Below, piece by piece: positions 38,599-52,852 of a stretch of DNA of 64,000 nucleotides; the first letter of the stretch is position 1, and the number at the start of each line of letters is the position of its first letter. Both the position numbers and the translations under genes were made by a program. Source of the DNA: Eledone cirrhosa. Taxonomy: Eukaryota. The stretch is from positions 271,064,001-271,128,000 of the forward strand of contig OZ024741.1 in assembly GCA_964016885.1 (NCBI GenBank). The letters are read 5' to 3'. The notes under the pieces were generated by a model. It saw nothing but the letters and a program-made list of their open reading frames with translations, did no database searches and was not told the DNA's origin.

Positions 38599-41500
38599 GT
38601 TGATAGTGGACGTCTTTCACATCGGCTCTTCGATTTTGGATCACTACTTTGTTATTTGTGAGTGTGTTATTTGAATTTTGTTATTATTGTTTACTCTAAC
38701 CCCTCGTTTGGGACTGTAGACGTAGGGTAAATATATTTTCGCCCCTTTTGGGGTGAAAATCTTTAATTTAAAATGTTTATTGATATCGTTAAAAACGAGG
38801 AAGCCATATTGCAAGCTAACGCCACGCCCACAAAAAAAAGCGAGAAAGAGGGAACAACAATTGAAACTGTTGAACTACCCTCCTCTCGAATGGAAAAAAC
38901 ACTGTTAATTTGAGTGAAAACCCAAATTTTGAAAAAGATAAAAGGGAAAAAAATACCACAAAAAATGGGATTAATAAAACCAACAACATTGCAACAACAA
39001 ACAACAATAAACGAAGGAAAACAACAAAGATAGCAACATTTCTTTTGCCCAAACGGTAAAAAAAACGATCGAATACAAATCCATAGACATTACTAACGCT
39101 AAAGAAAACTTACTAAATGCCAGAAAATACGTATCTTTTGGGGAGGATGGTTCTTTTACGATCAACTCCCCAGAAGAAGTTCGTCAACAGGCATATAGGA
39201 ATACTATAACTTTCAGGACTATATCCAACGCAACAAGAAAACCAGCTCAATTGACAGAAAGTCAAATTGAGCTGGTTCTGAAAGACATTAAAAAAGACAT
39301 ACTCTTTATGCCAGCATTATGGTCCGAATGAAGGACCAAATGCTGGCTCGAAAATGCTCGGTGGCACCTATAGTGTCACCACAATACACCTTCTTCCCCA
39401 CATATAAAGGAAGAAGAACACAAAGACTAAGAATGTGGAGCTCAACGCCAGAAGTAGACATCTGGTCCGTCCTGACAGGATTCGCGGACCTAGAAAAGAA
39501 CATTCTAGTATCAGCAGGTGAGTCCACAAGTGGACTATTCGGGGGGAAAAGTCTGGAGGTTCTCATACAGATGAGTCCAGAGAGAATCGCCGGAATACCC
39601 GACCGAGTACTACTGGATGGTCGAACCTTTATTAATATTACGGTGGAAGGCAGGAGGCCCTCATGTTACCACTGAGCTGGCAGAGGTCACCTGAGGACTG
39701 CCTGCCCTCTACTAACAACAAAAAAACCACAGCTTCAAACACCACAACAACAACAAAAACAACCAGCACCACCACCACAAAAACAACAAAATACACCACC
39801 ATCACCACCACCACCACAGCGACAACAAAAACCAACAACACCACCTCCAGCACCACCACCACAACAACAACAAAAACTTAGAGCACGAAACAAATCACAG
39901 TCACACCCACCTACCCCACACAGAAAACAATCAAAAATACACACACCAACACAACACTACCACAAAATATCCCTCTACCCCGGAACACGGACGAAAACCT
40001 CCTTACATCGGAGCATAGCGAAGATGAAGGAGAGCCGTTCCGACCAGTAAAAAGGAAAAAAAGGAAACATACCACTAACAGAAACCAAACAAACACAGAA
40101 GAAACCAACACAACACAAAGCACCTCTCCCCATTACACAACACTAACAGCGTCACAGAAAAAAACATTACAGTACACTTACATCAACAAACAAAACAAAA
40201 AACTGCTCAATATAATAAACAGCAACCCTTCAGTTTGCACCGAAGGGCCAAATTTTAAGACAGTGGATGACTCTCCACACCTCAAAATGATAAAAGTCCC
40301 CATGAACCTTTATCAAACTTTAAAAAACGTTTATAAAGAGGACGTGGGGCCCCCCTGTAACAAACCGTTTAACCGCGTCCTCTTAAAAGGTTACCCACCC
40401 CCTCCACAGACACCCACACAACTCCAAATACCCCAACCCCACCACACACTAATAACCCCCCACCCCCACCAACCCCTCCACCACCCCCATGGAAACTGAA
40501 CAGCCCGGACCCCGGGACGCAGAGAGGTAAGTGCCTCTTTCTTTACCACCAACATGGCTATGTTAAGAGTAGGTTGTCTAAATGCGCGTGGCTTGGGCTC
40601 ACCTTGGAAGCAAGCTAAACTTCTAAATGACCTCAGGTCACGAGGTATAAATGTGATGGTTATTTGCGAGGCCCGGATCAGCAGCGTGCAACAACTAGCC
40701 CCCACCTTTGATGACTTTGAGATGCACGCATCTCTCTGTCAGCCCGGAGGTGGGGGTGGGGTTGTCGTTCTGCTGCAAAAACATCTGGGCCTCGCTACAC
40801 AGACGGTACACTTGGACCCGGAGGGTCGACTAGTGGTTCTGGACCTTGGCAGTGGTGAAGGCGAAGCTTTTAGGCTGGTCGCCGTTTACGCTCCCTTTGG
40901 GGCAATGCGGTCGGACTTCTTCCATCGTCTGGAGACTTTTCTAGGGACGTCCCGCTCCTTGCTTTTAGTGGGGGACTGGAATGGTATGCACGTTGGGACT
41001 ATGTAGGGGCATGTCCCGATAGAGGGGGGTGTAACAACCTCAAGGAGTTAATCGGCCGATTTGACCTGGCCGATAGATATCGATTAGATTTTCCGACTGT
41101 GCCAACCTGGACTTGGACAAACCATATCGGTCAATCAAGATCGTACCTAGATAGGTTCTTAGTTAGAATTAAGGATATGGACTTTTTAAGTTGTCCAGAA
41201 ATGCTCATGGTGGGCTATTCAGACCACAAGTTAGTGACCTGCGTAGTCCACCTTGATAGAACGCATAGGCAGGGACCCGGTTACTGGAAGCTCAACTTGT
41301 CCTTACCGGAAAGTAGAGCTTACAGGGACCGGATTAGAACCTTAGTTAAGGAGCGGTTGACGGGCGCCATCGTCAACAGCAGGTAGTGGGGCTCTCTGAA
41401 AAGAGAGATTAGAGTAGTTTCAATAGGAGTTAGTAAGGAGTTAGCCTCAGATAGAAATAGGAAGGAAAGGGAGTTGGTAGTTAATGTTGAAGAGGCAACG

Positions 41501-44191
41501 TGGCCAGTGTGCAAGCGTCGAGAACGGCCTTGAGCCAGTTCTTCTACGCGAAACACGAAGGCTGCGTTGTCCGAAGCAAAATACGTGCTCTGGGAAACGA
41601 GGGGACCAAAGCTGTTAGCTGGGCCCGCGTGAGAGAAGCCAAAAGTGGGATTAGTTTGCAAGACCAGGATGGACGGGTGATCATTGAACCTAAGCAAATG
41701 TGCGAGGCCTTTCAAAGACACTTTGCCCGATTGTTCGGGAGGGGCGGGGGCCGGTTGGAGATGCGGATTTCGGTCCATACCTCGACGGCCTGCCCCGTCT
41801 TTCAGAAAAGGAGGCGAGGTCCTGTGACGGGCCGATCTCAGCTGCTGAAATAGGGGACGTGCTGAGCCTATCCGGCAAACGCAAATCTCCAGGGCTCGAT
41901 GGTCTGCCCTACGAACTATATATTAATATGCCGGACTTGTTCCCCGATCTCCTCGAGGCGGTCTACTGCAACTGGCAACAGAACGGGAGAATTTCCTGTT
42001 CTGTGACCAAGGGCGTAGTCCCACTAGTGAGGAAGGACGAGAACAAGGGGGATGACATTAGTAATTTTAGGCCCATAACTCTGCTAAATGCAGAGTTAAA
42101 GATTTTGGCCAAGGTGTCAGCGAAGAGGTTGGCGCTTGTCGTGGGGGGGGGGGGCTTGGGGGGAGATGCGCAGGCATGCGCTATCCCGTCCAGGTCCATC
42201 CACGACAACCTCCACCTCATGCGATGCATCATAGAGAGGGTTGGGAACGAACCCGGCTTTGGTGGGCCCCTGATAAATTTAGATCAGTCTAAAGCTTTCG
42301 ATAGGGTGGACCATGGTTACTTGGATGCGGTGCTAGCGGCGGCTGGTTTCGGACCCGTTTTCAGGGGCTGGATCACTGCCATGCATAGCAGCCGCATCTG
42401 CTCTAGAGTCAAGGTGAACGGCTACCTCTCGGAGCCGTTCGAAATCACCTGCTCCATCCGACAGGGGTGCCCTCTCTCCTCCCTTCTGTATGTATTGGCT
42501 CTCGAGCCACTACTGCGGAAGTTGGAGTTGTTGCAGGGCATCCCTTTGGAACCGGGATTGCGCAAAGCGGTGTCGGCCTACGCCGATGACGTAACAGTAA
42601 CGGTGTCCACCACCGCGGAAATCGAGGCAATCGGCACCTTACTGGAGGAGTACGAAAGGTTGACAGAGGCTAAGCTGAACCGAGACAAGTCAGTCGCTTT
42701 GCAACTCGGCGAGTGGAGGGGCAAACCGATGTCGTCCGACGGTATCGTCGGACGGTGGACGGAGGGCCCGGTGAAGTTGCTTGGGGTCTGGTTCGGACCG
42801 GACCTCCAGGTGGAGAAGAAATGGGGTGAGGTGACGAATAGGGTGCTTGCACTGACCCAGAAGTGGGCCGAGTGCAAACTATCCCTGAAAGGTCGGGCGG
42901 AGGTGGCGAACGCTTACATAGCGTCCGTCATCTATTACCGCTTGACTGTCGTGCCTTGCTCGGGTGAGATCCTCGCCAAAATGGAGCGCGCTCTCTTTCA
43001 CTTCCTTTGGTCTGCCCTGGTGAGGAGATCCATCTGCTGTCAACACCCTTTGAAAGGAGGGCTGGGGATGCCGTGGCTAAAAATGCGTAAACACGCATTG
43101 AGGCTACGGCACCTCCAGGTATTCCTCACCGGTCAACCGGTGTGGGCCCCGTTTGTGAGGCGAGCCTTCCCGAGGCTCGTCTCGCTCACCGAGCTGCAGT
43201 CCTGGGTGAAGCAAAGACCGAGAAAACTGGGCGACTGGCACACCGAGTGTGCCCAGGCGCTCACGGCTCTCTGGCAGGCGGACCCGGCTATCGGTGGAGA
43301 CTCCACCTCGTCATTCTATAGAGGGCTGGTGGTTAGCAGGTGCGACGACGCCCTCGGAGAAACCCTAGGCATGGAGGAGGACGAACTGGCCAGCCTATTC
43401 GGTAGGACTTTCGGCCCGGGACCTATGGACAACTTCCAGAAGTCCTTGGCCTGGCAGTGCTACCGAGGGGCTCTGCCCGTTCGGGATAAGCTCTACAGAC
43501 ACGGGCTCCCGGGTAGGGACCCCTCGAAAAAGATTTGTCCCAGATGCGTGCGCGACGAGGAAACCGTTGCGCATGCATTGGTACACTACTCGGGCGTTAC
43601 CGATCTGTGGGGCTATGTCGAACAACTGCTGTCACGGGTGGGACCAATTAGGTTGACCACCGAGTCCATTATAACGATCAAGCCGCCCCCCCCCCTTCAA
43701 AAATGAAGGAGAGGCGGTCTTCCTCTGTGTAATAGCGATGGTAAAAGAGGTTGTATGGTGGACGCGTCTAAAAGGGCTGAGGTCGGACACCTTTCTTTCC
43801 CGCCAACAACTGGTCCTTTTCTTCCGATACCATTTCGGAAGAAGGATCAGGATGGAGAGAGAGGTGCCCACCCCAGACAGTTTTATGAAAGGTGGGTGAA
43901 AGTTGCGAGAATGGCCCGTGTGAATGGGCCTTCTCTCTATATCAGCCTGTAGGTGGAAAAGGATGAAGGAAGAAGGGAGCACCCTCTCTTTGTGCTCCCG
44001 TAGAGAAGTGTCGCACATTTTTTTTTTCGGGGGTGTGTGTGACCCCAAAACGATCCCTCCCTATTGAGGACCTTTTTGTTTTAATTTTATTTGTTATTAC
44101 ATTTTTTTTACTCGATTTATATGTAAACCCCCCCCCCCCCCCATGTATATGTCCCTCTCTTTTGTGCCCTCGTGGCAAATAAATAGAAATT
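38599..44191 (+). mobile_element. Full-length L1/Tx1 retrotransposon, copy 2 (diverged subfamily, several frameshifts)
   Basis: ORF1 remnants at about 38770-40530 (FPTYKGRRTQR, VEGRRPSCY); ORF2 40554-43952; (CTAT)n at both ends. Confidence 0.92.
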
Positions 44192-44199
44192 TATCTATC

Positions 44200-45710
44200 G
44201 GTCTGTCGGTTTGCAACTCGGTACGTGGAGAGGCAAACCGATGACATCCGACAGCATCGTTGGACGCTGGACGGACGGACCGGTGAAATTGCTCGGGGTC
44301 TGGTTCGGTCCAGACCTCCAGGTGGAGAAAAACTGGAACGAGGTCACGGCCAAGGTGTTTGTACTCACTCAGAAGTGAGCAGAGTGCAAACTGTCCTTGA
44401 AAGGTCGAGCGGAGGTGGCGAACACTTTCATAGCGTCCGTCATCTACTACCGCTTGACTGTCGTGCCTTGTCCCCGTGAACACCTCGCCAAGATAGAACG
44501 CATGCTCTTCCAGTTTCTGTGGAAGAAGCAGGCTCCGTTGGTGAGGAGATCCGTCTGCTGTCAGCACCCTTCCGACGGAGGGCTGGGAATGCCGTGGTTG
44601 ATGATGCGCAAACATGCGCTGAGGCTGCGGCATCTCCAGGTATTCCTCACCGACCCCCAACCGGTGTGGGCACCGTTTGTGAGACAGGCTTTCCCACAGC
44701 TCGTCTCGCTGACGGAGCTGCAGTCCTGGGTGAAGAAAAGACCGAAAACGATGGGCGCCTGGCACATTGAATGCGCTCAGGCGCTCACAGTCCTCTGGCA
44801 AGCGGGCGCAGCAATCAGTGGAGACTCCACTTCGACATTCTATAGAGGGATTGTACGTTACAAGGGCGACGACGTGCTCGGAGAGACTCTGGGCGTCGAA
44901 GACGATGAGCTCACCAGTCTGTTGGTAGAACTTTCCGCCCGGGACCTATGGACAACTTCCAGAGGTCCCTGGCCTGGCAGTGCTACCGAGGAGCTCTACC
45001 GGTTCGTGACAAGATCTACAGGCACGGACGCCCTGGCAGGGATCCTTCCAAGAGGACGTGTCCAAGATGTGCGCAGGACATTGAAACAGTTCTGCACGCA
45101 ATTGTACACTGCCCGGGCGTAAGCGACCTGTGGAACTATGCAGAACAACTGCTGTCGCGTATGGGACAAATCCAGTTGACTGCCGAGTCCATAGTAAGGA
45201 TCAAACCGCCAGACTCTTTCAAAAACGAAAGAGAGGCGGTTTTCCTCTGTACGGTGGCTATGGTGAAAGAAGTTATATGGTGGACGAGGTTGAGAGGATT
45301 GAGGACAGATGCCTTTCTCTCCGGACAACAATTGATTCCCTTCTTTAAGTATCACTTTAGAAGGAGAATCAGGGGGGAGAGAGAGGCACTGCACCCCAGT
45401 AAATTTACTGAAAGGTGGGTGAATGAAGCGAAAATGGCCCGAGTGATTGGGCCTTCTCTGTTTATAAGCCTGTAGGTTGAGGAAGAGAGCAAAAGGAAGA
45501 AAGTAGCACTTGCACAACACGCTCCTCGAGTTGAGGGTTGTTTTATCGACGGGGTATTAAACAACCCATTTGTGGCGCCTCCCCCCTATTGGGGATTTCG
45601 ATTGTTGAAATTGTTTGTTTTTATATTTTTTACACGACTGTATGTAAAATCCCCGGCATGTCTTTGTATTGTCCCCTTTCTTGTTGCGCCCTTGTGGCTA
45701 ATAAAGAAAT
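44200..45710 (+). mobile_element. 5'-truncated L1/Tx1 retrotransposon, copy 3 (third subfamily)
   Basis: Begins inside the RT C-terminus (LQLGTWRGKPM) right after TATCTATC; ends AATAAAGAAAT-CTATCTATC. Confidence 0.92.
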
Positions 45711-46192
45711 CTATCTATCCGTCTGTCGGGCTGTCTGCATGTCTCACAACCAAACCGCCACCACCACCACCACCACCACCAACATCACCACCACCACCAC
45801 CACAACCGCCGCCTCCACGACTACGACCACCACCACAACCGTCGCCGCCGCCGCCACCACCGCCACCACCACCAAAAACCGACGCCACCACCACTACGAC
45901 CACCACCAACCCCGCCGCCACGACTACGACCACCACCACAACCGTCGCCGCCGCAGCCACCACCACCACCACCACCACCACCACCATGCTAACGGATAAT
46001 TAATCAGTTTTAATTGCCGATGTATTTTTGGGGTTTAACTGATAAACCTTGAATGTCAAAAATGACGGAAGGGTCAGAGGTTAGCATGAAGGTGGAGAGG
46101 GAGAGAGGGAGAGAGAAGAAGGGGGAGAGAAGGAGAGAGAGAGAGAGGGGGAGGAAGGAAGAGAGGGTGACATATATAGACAGACGCAGTGA

Positions 46193-46903
<711 letters not shown>

Positions 46904-47261
46904 TCCTCCTTCCCCCCTCCCCACCATACAGTGGTTACGTCTTTCACACGATCTCTCGCCCAAGCTATCTTATCATTGACATCACTATATTCCCTCACTT
47001 TAGTTCCCGTCTTGGCATCTACATCTCCCTCTCACACACTACCTCTCTCTCTCTCTCTATCACTCTGTCACTCTCTCTCTTTCTCACTCTCCCCCTCTCT
47101 CTCTGTCTCCTCTCTCTCCACTCTGTCTATGAGGCGGTTTGTATGTATGTGTATTACATTAAATATATACATACATACATACATACACACATATACACAT
47201 ACATATACACATATAATATATATATATATATATGTGTTTTGTGTGTGTATATATATATATA

Positions 47262-47425
47262 GTAATAATAATTGTGAAGACTAAAATCCAAAGAGGGCTC
47301 GATAAGGATAAATATACATCAAATATCTAGAGCAAATATTTATTAAAATAACATATTAACAGGGTCTTCAGAAGATGCCGTTAAGGGTGAAAGCAGCGAT
47401 TCTTTGCTTAAACTTTAATCTGTTA

Positions 47426-47432
<7 letters not shown>
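47262..47432. mobile_element. Family B pLTR fold-back fragment in (TA)n; similar pieces at 16131-16172, 52668-52835, 59950-60108 and 61588-61700
   Basis: GAAGACTAAAATCCAAAGAGGGCTCGATAAGG (minus sense) joined to CAGAAGAT.CCGTTAAGGGTGAAAGC (plus sense). Confidence 0.8.
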
Positions 47433-47482
<50 letters not shown>

Positions 47483-47499
47483 GGTGTGGGATGCGTCGG

Positions 47500-48660
47500 T
47501 AAGCGGTAGGCCGTTTGAGCACTGGATGCTTTTACAGAGCAGAGTATGATATCACATAAGAAACGGAGAATAAGATTTATTAGACATATTACAATCGTTT
47601 CTCTGGCGACCAGCTCGAGGCACGATCGAGGTAATGATCAAACCAGACTCTGAAATCGCAAGATCCTCGGATCCTCGGATATGTCTCGATTCTACGAAGC
47701 AGAGTTTCCAATATATATATATATATGTGGTCAAGGAAGCGTTCTTTAAACAGGCTTTCCCGCATACCCATATATGTCCTGACTTCTTGTTGGTTCTGTC
47801 GGCTGGATGTAACTTCGGTGTCGTAGACGACTGCAGATGTGTTACACTGTTGCTGTAGAGGGCATGACTCTGGTTTTCTACAAGAGCATCCGGGTGAGGG
47901 AGCACTCTTGGAGTTGTTGGTGATGTGGGCTTTCAAATTTTTAACGCAGGGATATCCAAGTTTTACCCGTGCCTGTTATTCCCTTTACGGAAATGCTTGT
48001 CTAAGAGTGCTAAAATGTTTTTTTACCTACATTAGTTCTAACTCTTTGTGAGAAAGGTGGGAAGAATCAAATTATTTTTAATTTTTCTTTTTCTTTCTAC
48101 TATTAGTGTGATTCTGTTTTCAGAGAATCCGCTGTTGGCTAAAGCAGTGTTATAGTAAGGTCCTCTGTCAAAGATGGCCTTGTTAGAGGAAATATTTGAG
48201 ATCCTAGTGCTGATGTTTTTGACGAAATTAAAAAAAAAACGTTAGGAGTATGTATATATATGTCAATTTTTCACCGAGCTTGTGGAAAGGCCTGTATTTC
48301 TGTATGCGAAGATCTATGTTGAGGTTTATGTAATTTACTAGTTAGATTGGTGGCTACAGCAATCTTTAGTCTCAACTCGTTAAATGTGTCTATCAGGTTT
48401 TTCCTAAATCGGTCTAGGTCGTAACCGCTTTTATGGCCCATTAGGGTCAGACCGTCGTCGCGGTACAAACCCATGTGGAAGTCCGGGAATTTGACTCGCA
48501 ACGTATCTAACATAAATAGACCAACCAAAATTGCATATATCAGCACTATCGAATGATCGCATTTTGATATCGAATAGTTCTGAGGTAGTTAATCTTTTTA
48601 CCCAGGCTACTCTGTTATTGAAAGGCGGGGTTTTCTTGCGTTAAATTATGATCTGCCTGT
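47500..48660 (-). pseudogene. Degraded Naiad-type PLE (RT and GIY-YIG)
   Basis: MGLYRDDGL; LKAHIT; CSCRKPESCPL..C..AVVY..YMG..FKER. Confidence 0.82.
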
Positions 48661-48888
48661 CCAAGACCTTGACAGAGGTCTATGTATTTTTCGACTATTT
48701 ACAAATAGATAAATAATTATATTTAATCTGCTGGAGGTAAATGGCAGTTCAGAGTTTAACTCAATCGGTAAATTTCCAATCACAATAGTTTTACAATATC
48801 ACAGAGCATATATATAAAATGAATAAAAACATCTGGATTAAATTATACTAAATTATTTAAACTATTTAATTTAATCCTGGTTATTTTA

Positions 48889-48946
<58 letters not shown>

Positions 48947-49373
48947 TATGTGTGTGTGTATGTGTGTGTGTGTGTATGTGTGCGTGCGCGTATGTGTGTA
49001 TGTGTCTGTGTGTATGTGTGTGTGTAATGTTAAAGTTTCTGTAGAAGAGGTAAAGGAAAAAGAGTGCTCTATGTTAAAACATGCTACCTAAGGTTTCTAA
49101 GCCCACTCTGGCACAGAGATGCTATATCTGCTAGTGTTGCTTATATTACCAATAAATGGATCGTTGTGAAAATTAGAGAAAAGCTTTTATCATATTGATA
49201 TTTCATACTTTTAAAAAAGGCCTTGCTAATGTGGTTTCATGCGGTAGAGGACGTTAAGAGTGAAGTAAACATTTTTCCCGGCAAGTACGGGAGACAACTC
49301 CAGGCGTGCATGAAATGCGTAAATGACTTGATAAGGATTTGAACTCTGAGCAAAGAGAGCTGAAACAAAGGTA

Positions 49374-49525
49374 GATGGCGTTGATGATGAAAACGCCGAC
49401 AATGATGATGATGATGATGATGATGGTGATGTTGATGATAATGATGATGATGATGATGATGGTGATACTGATGATAATGATGATGATGATGATGATGATG
49501 CTGATATTGGTGATAATGACGACGA
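49374..49525. repeat. (GAT)n repeat
   Basis: Direct reading. Confidence 0.9.
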
Positions 49526-49841
49526 TATCGACAACCACGCCGATGCAGAAAGATGACGTTGGCACCGGTAAGCGATCGATAAACTTCCGGTATGATAAGC
49601 TTCCGGTGTTTACAGCCTCGTGACATCCCGGGAATTTCACGAATCTTATCAGAAATAATAAAATAAAATATGTTTTACATACAGCTGCTTTGTATCGTTT
49701 GTTTGTCGTTGTTTACCTTTAAATCATGTATGTATATATATACATACACACACACACACATATATTTTTATATATTTATACACATATATATATAGTACAT
49801 ATATATAATATATATATATAATATATATATATATGTGTGTG

Positions 49842-49903
<62 letters not shown>

Positions 49904-49958
49904 GAATACAAGCCGAAATCGCAAGGCGTCGGGATCGGGATTTTACCTTCCTTTATCA

Positions 49959-50000
<42 letters not shown>

Positions 50001-50005
<5 letters not shown>

Positions 50006-50585
50006 ATACTTGGGGAGGGTCATATTTGTGTAACATTGTCAGAATTAATAACAGAACACACTCAATGTTTGGTTGGTTTTCGCTTCTGTGTCTTTTATAT
50101 CGGTTAATTTAATTTATTCGGTCCTCAATGTTGCCATTGACTGACCAACGGTCAAAAATACAGATACAATATAGACACAAACACATATATATAGTCTATC
50201 AAAGTTCTTTCGTTGCACATCTGCAACATCGTCATTTATTTAGTCTGTTTATATATTTATTAAATAAATATATAAACAGACTAAATAAAGATGGCGTAGA
50301 AAATACAATGCAACGGGAGGAAACAATAGCACCACTGACGATGTTGCAGATGTGCAACGAAAGAACTTTGATAGACTATATATATGTGTTTGTGTCTATA
50401 TTCTATCTGTATTTTTGACCGTTGGTCAGTCAATGGCAACATTGAGGACCGAATAAATTAAATTAACCGATATAAAAGAAAACCAACCAAACATTGAGTG
50501 TGTTCTGTTATTAATTCTGACAATGTTACACAAATATGACCCTCCCCAAGTATAACAATATTTGTTGCGACACACGATTTCATAT

Positions 50586-50590
<5 letters not shown>
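50001..50590. mobile_element. Family F pLTR fold-back insertion in (TA)n
   Basis: 50001-50233 is the reverse complement of about 50337-50560; CTGACGA-t-gttgca-gatg-tgcaac-GAAA at 50335. Confidence 0.8.
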
Positions 50591-50631
<41 letters not shown>

Positions 50632-50650
50632 CACACGATTTCATATAAAA

Positions 50651-50767
<117 letters not shown>

Positions 50768-50874
50768 GTTGGGAGTTACCAGTCTAGACGAGTAAGATAA
50801 CTGGGAAAGTAGAGTGGAGGTATTGTCAGAGTTAATGCTCAACGACTGAACTCTTTATAATATATCTATCTATC

Positions 50875-51272
50875 TAGGGCGAGTAAAATTTCCGAGATCC
50901 ATGGACGAGTTTTCTCCAGCGGTCTTTATCCCTCATTATCGTTGCCATGTCCTGCGTCTCCAACAGACCAGTGTCTGTCCTTAGGGCATTAACATATGTT
51001 AACCTCGGTCTTCCTTTTCCAGTGTGTGTCCATGCAGGGGCTCCCACAGGAGCACTGAGTGCAGTGTCAACTCTGCATTCGGTGAGCATGTCCGGCTAAC
51101 CCCAGTCTCCTCTGTGTCACTTTTGAGCTGACTTTTGGGATGCTCCCATACAGCTCTGAGTTCTTCATCTTCAGTGTATACTGATTAATGTTCAGAGCCA
51201 TACTCAGCATTCTCGTGTAGCACCCATCCACCATCTGAATGAGTTTCTTGGTCAGTGTCCAAGTCTCAGACA
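50875..51272 (-). pseudogene. RTE/RTE-X-like LINE 3' fragment
   Basis: SETWTLTKKL..VDGCYTRML.MALNI..LYG..RRLGLAGHAHR..GRPRLTY..DTGL..DRWR; ends at (GATA)n. Confidence 0.8.
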
Positions 51273-51624
51273 TATATATATATATATATATATGTATATT
51301 TTCTGGGGCGGTGGAAGCATTTCTGAATTGAGGGCGCGGGTGGGGAAATTAAGACAATTTAGTTGTAGTTTTGCACTCTAAAATGGTCAGAAAACTTCGA
51401 TATGCGATAAACATAACATGTACATAAGTTGTAGCGCATATCCAAATAGATGTGTGGGTTGGTATTTGGGGATAAAATATAATTATTGGAGGGGTTATGT
51501 CCCCTCCCCACCCAGTTTCACTGCCACTGTATATATGTCCTTTAAAAAAATTATGCTCTGTGCCATTTCCTAAGGAGTTAATCGAGCTTCTTTGCATTTG
51601 GTATTAGACCCAATTTATTCATTT

Positions 51625-51669
<45 letters not shown>

Positions 51670-51733
51670 TTATTATGGCTATTGGTGAGCTTTGTTACTC
51701 TAAAGTTTTACCTGCTCACTCACAGGACCACCA

Positions 51734-51786
51734 GTCTTGTCTGATGATCCTGTGAGTACGCAGGTGAGACTTCAGAGTAACAAGTC
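51734..51786 (+). ncRNA. Type-I hammerhead motif, family D, in a fold-back insert; second copy at 60310-60450
   Basis: cttgt-CTGATGA-tcctgtgagtacgcaggt-GAGA-cttcagag-TA-acaag; the 60373-60400 arm preserves GAAA. Confidence 0.68.
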
Positions 51787-52291
51787 TTAACCACAATAAA
51801 TGAACATTTAAACTCTACTTCGGTATTGAGTTTTTATTCTTACGTCCGTCAATAATTCACGTACTCTCAGGTCTTGAATAATCGTTACCACGAGCCGCTT
51901 ATTAATTCGTCAGATTTTTTCACCGCTCCCCAATTTATATTCTAACCCCATCCCCACCCGCTTATTAAATTTTGTTAATCTATTTCCGTCGAAATGTTAT
52001 TGATTCATATCGATATAGAAGCGGGAGAATCTAATAATAATTTTATTTTACATTAAAAAATGCATTATATATGACAAAAGAATAACATTACAAGAAATTC
52101 CATATTTACGAACGTACACTATACAATTACTGATTTGCACCCCCCCCCCCCCCCCATTACTGCCACTCCTCCTATTATTTGGGACTCTAGCGTGCCACCA
52201 AAGATGTGTGTTTTGGTAGTTTGGGGAGAAAAATACAGTTATTGTGGAGGCCATTGGGCCTCTATTCCTCCAGCTCCACCGCCCCTGTTTA

Positions 52292-52372
<81 letters not shown>

Positions 52373-52499
52373 TTTATATATATATATTTATATATATATA
52401 TTTATATATATATTTAAAAGTATAGGAAAAACAATCGACTAAGCATGAAGTTGAAGCTGGATGAGAAAAATTTAATTAGTGTCCAACCTCTACTTCATG

Positions 52500-52555
<56 letters not shown>

Positions 52556-52852
52556 TATAAGTATGTAGAGTGGGAAAGAGTGGGAAATGAAATTTCGTTT
52601 CATTTTTTCCGTTTATATATAATTAATTATACACAATTAAAATTCGTCACGCTTATATATATATATACTAATAATAATAAATGTGAAGACTAAACTCCAA
52701 AGAACGACTCGATAAGGATAAATATATATCAAATATATAAGAACTCTAGAGCAAATATTTATTAAAATAACAGATTAAAGTTTAAGCAAAGAATCACTGC
52801 TTTCACCCTTAATGGCATCTTCTGAAAACATTAATATATATATATATATATA

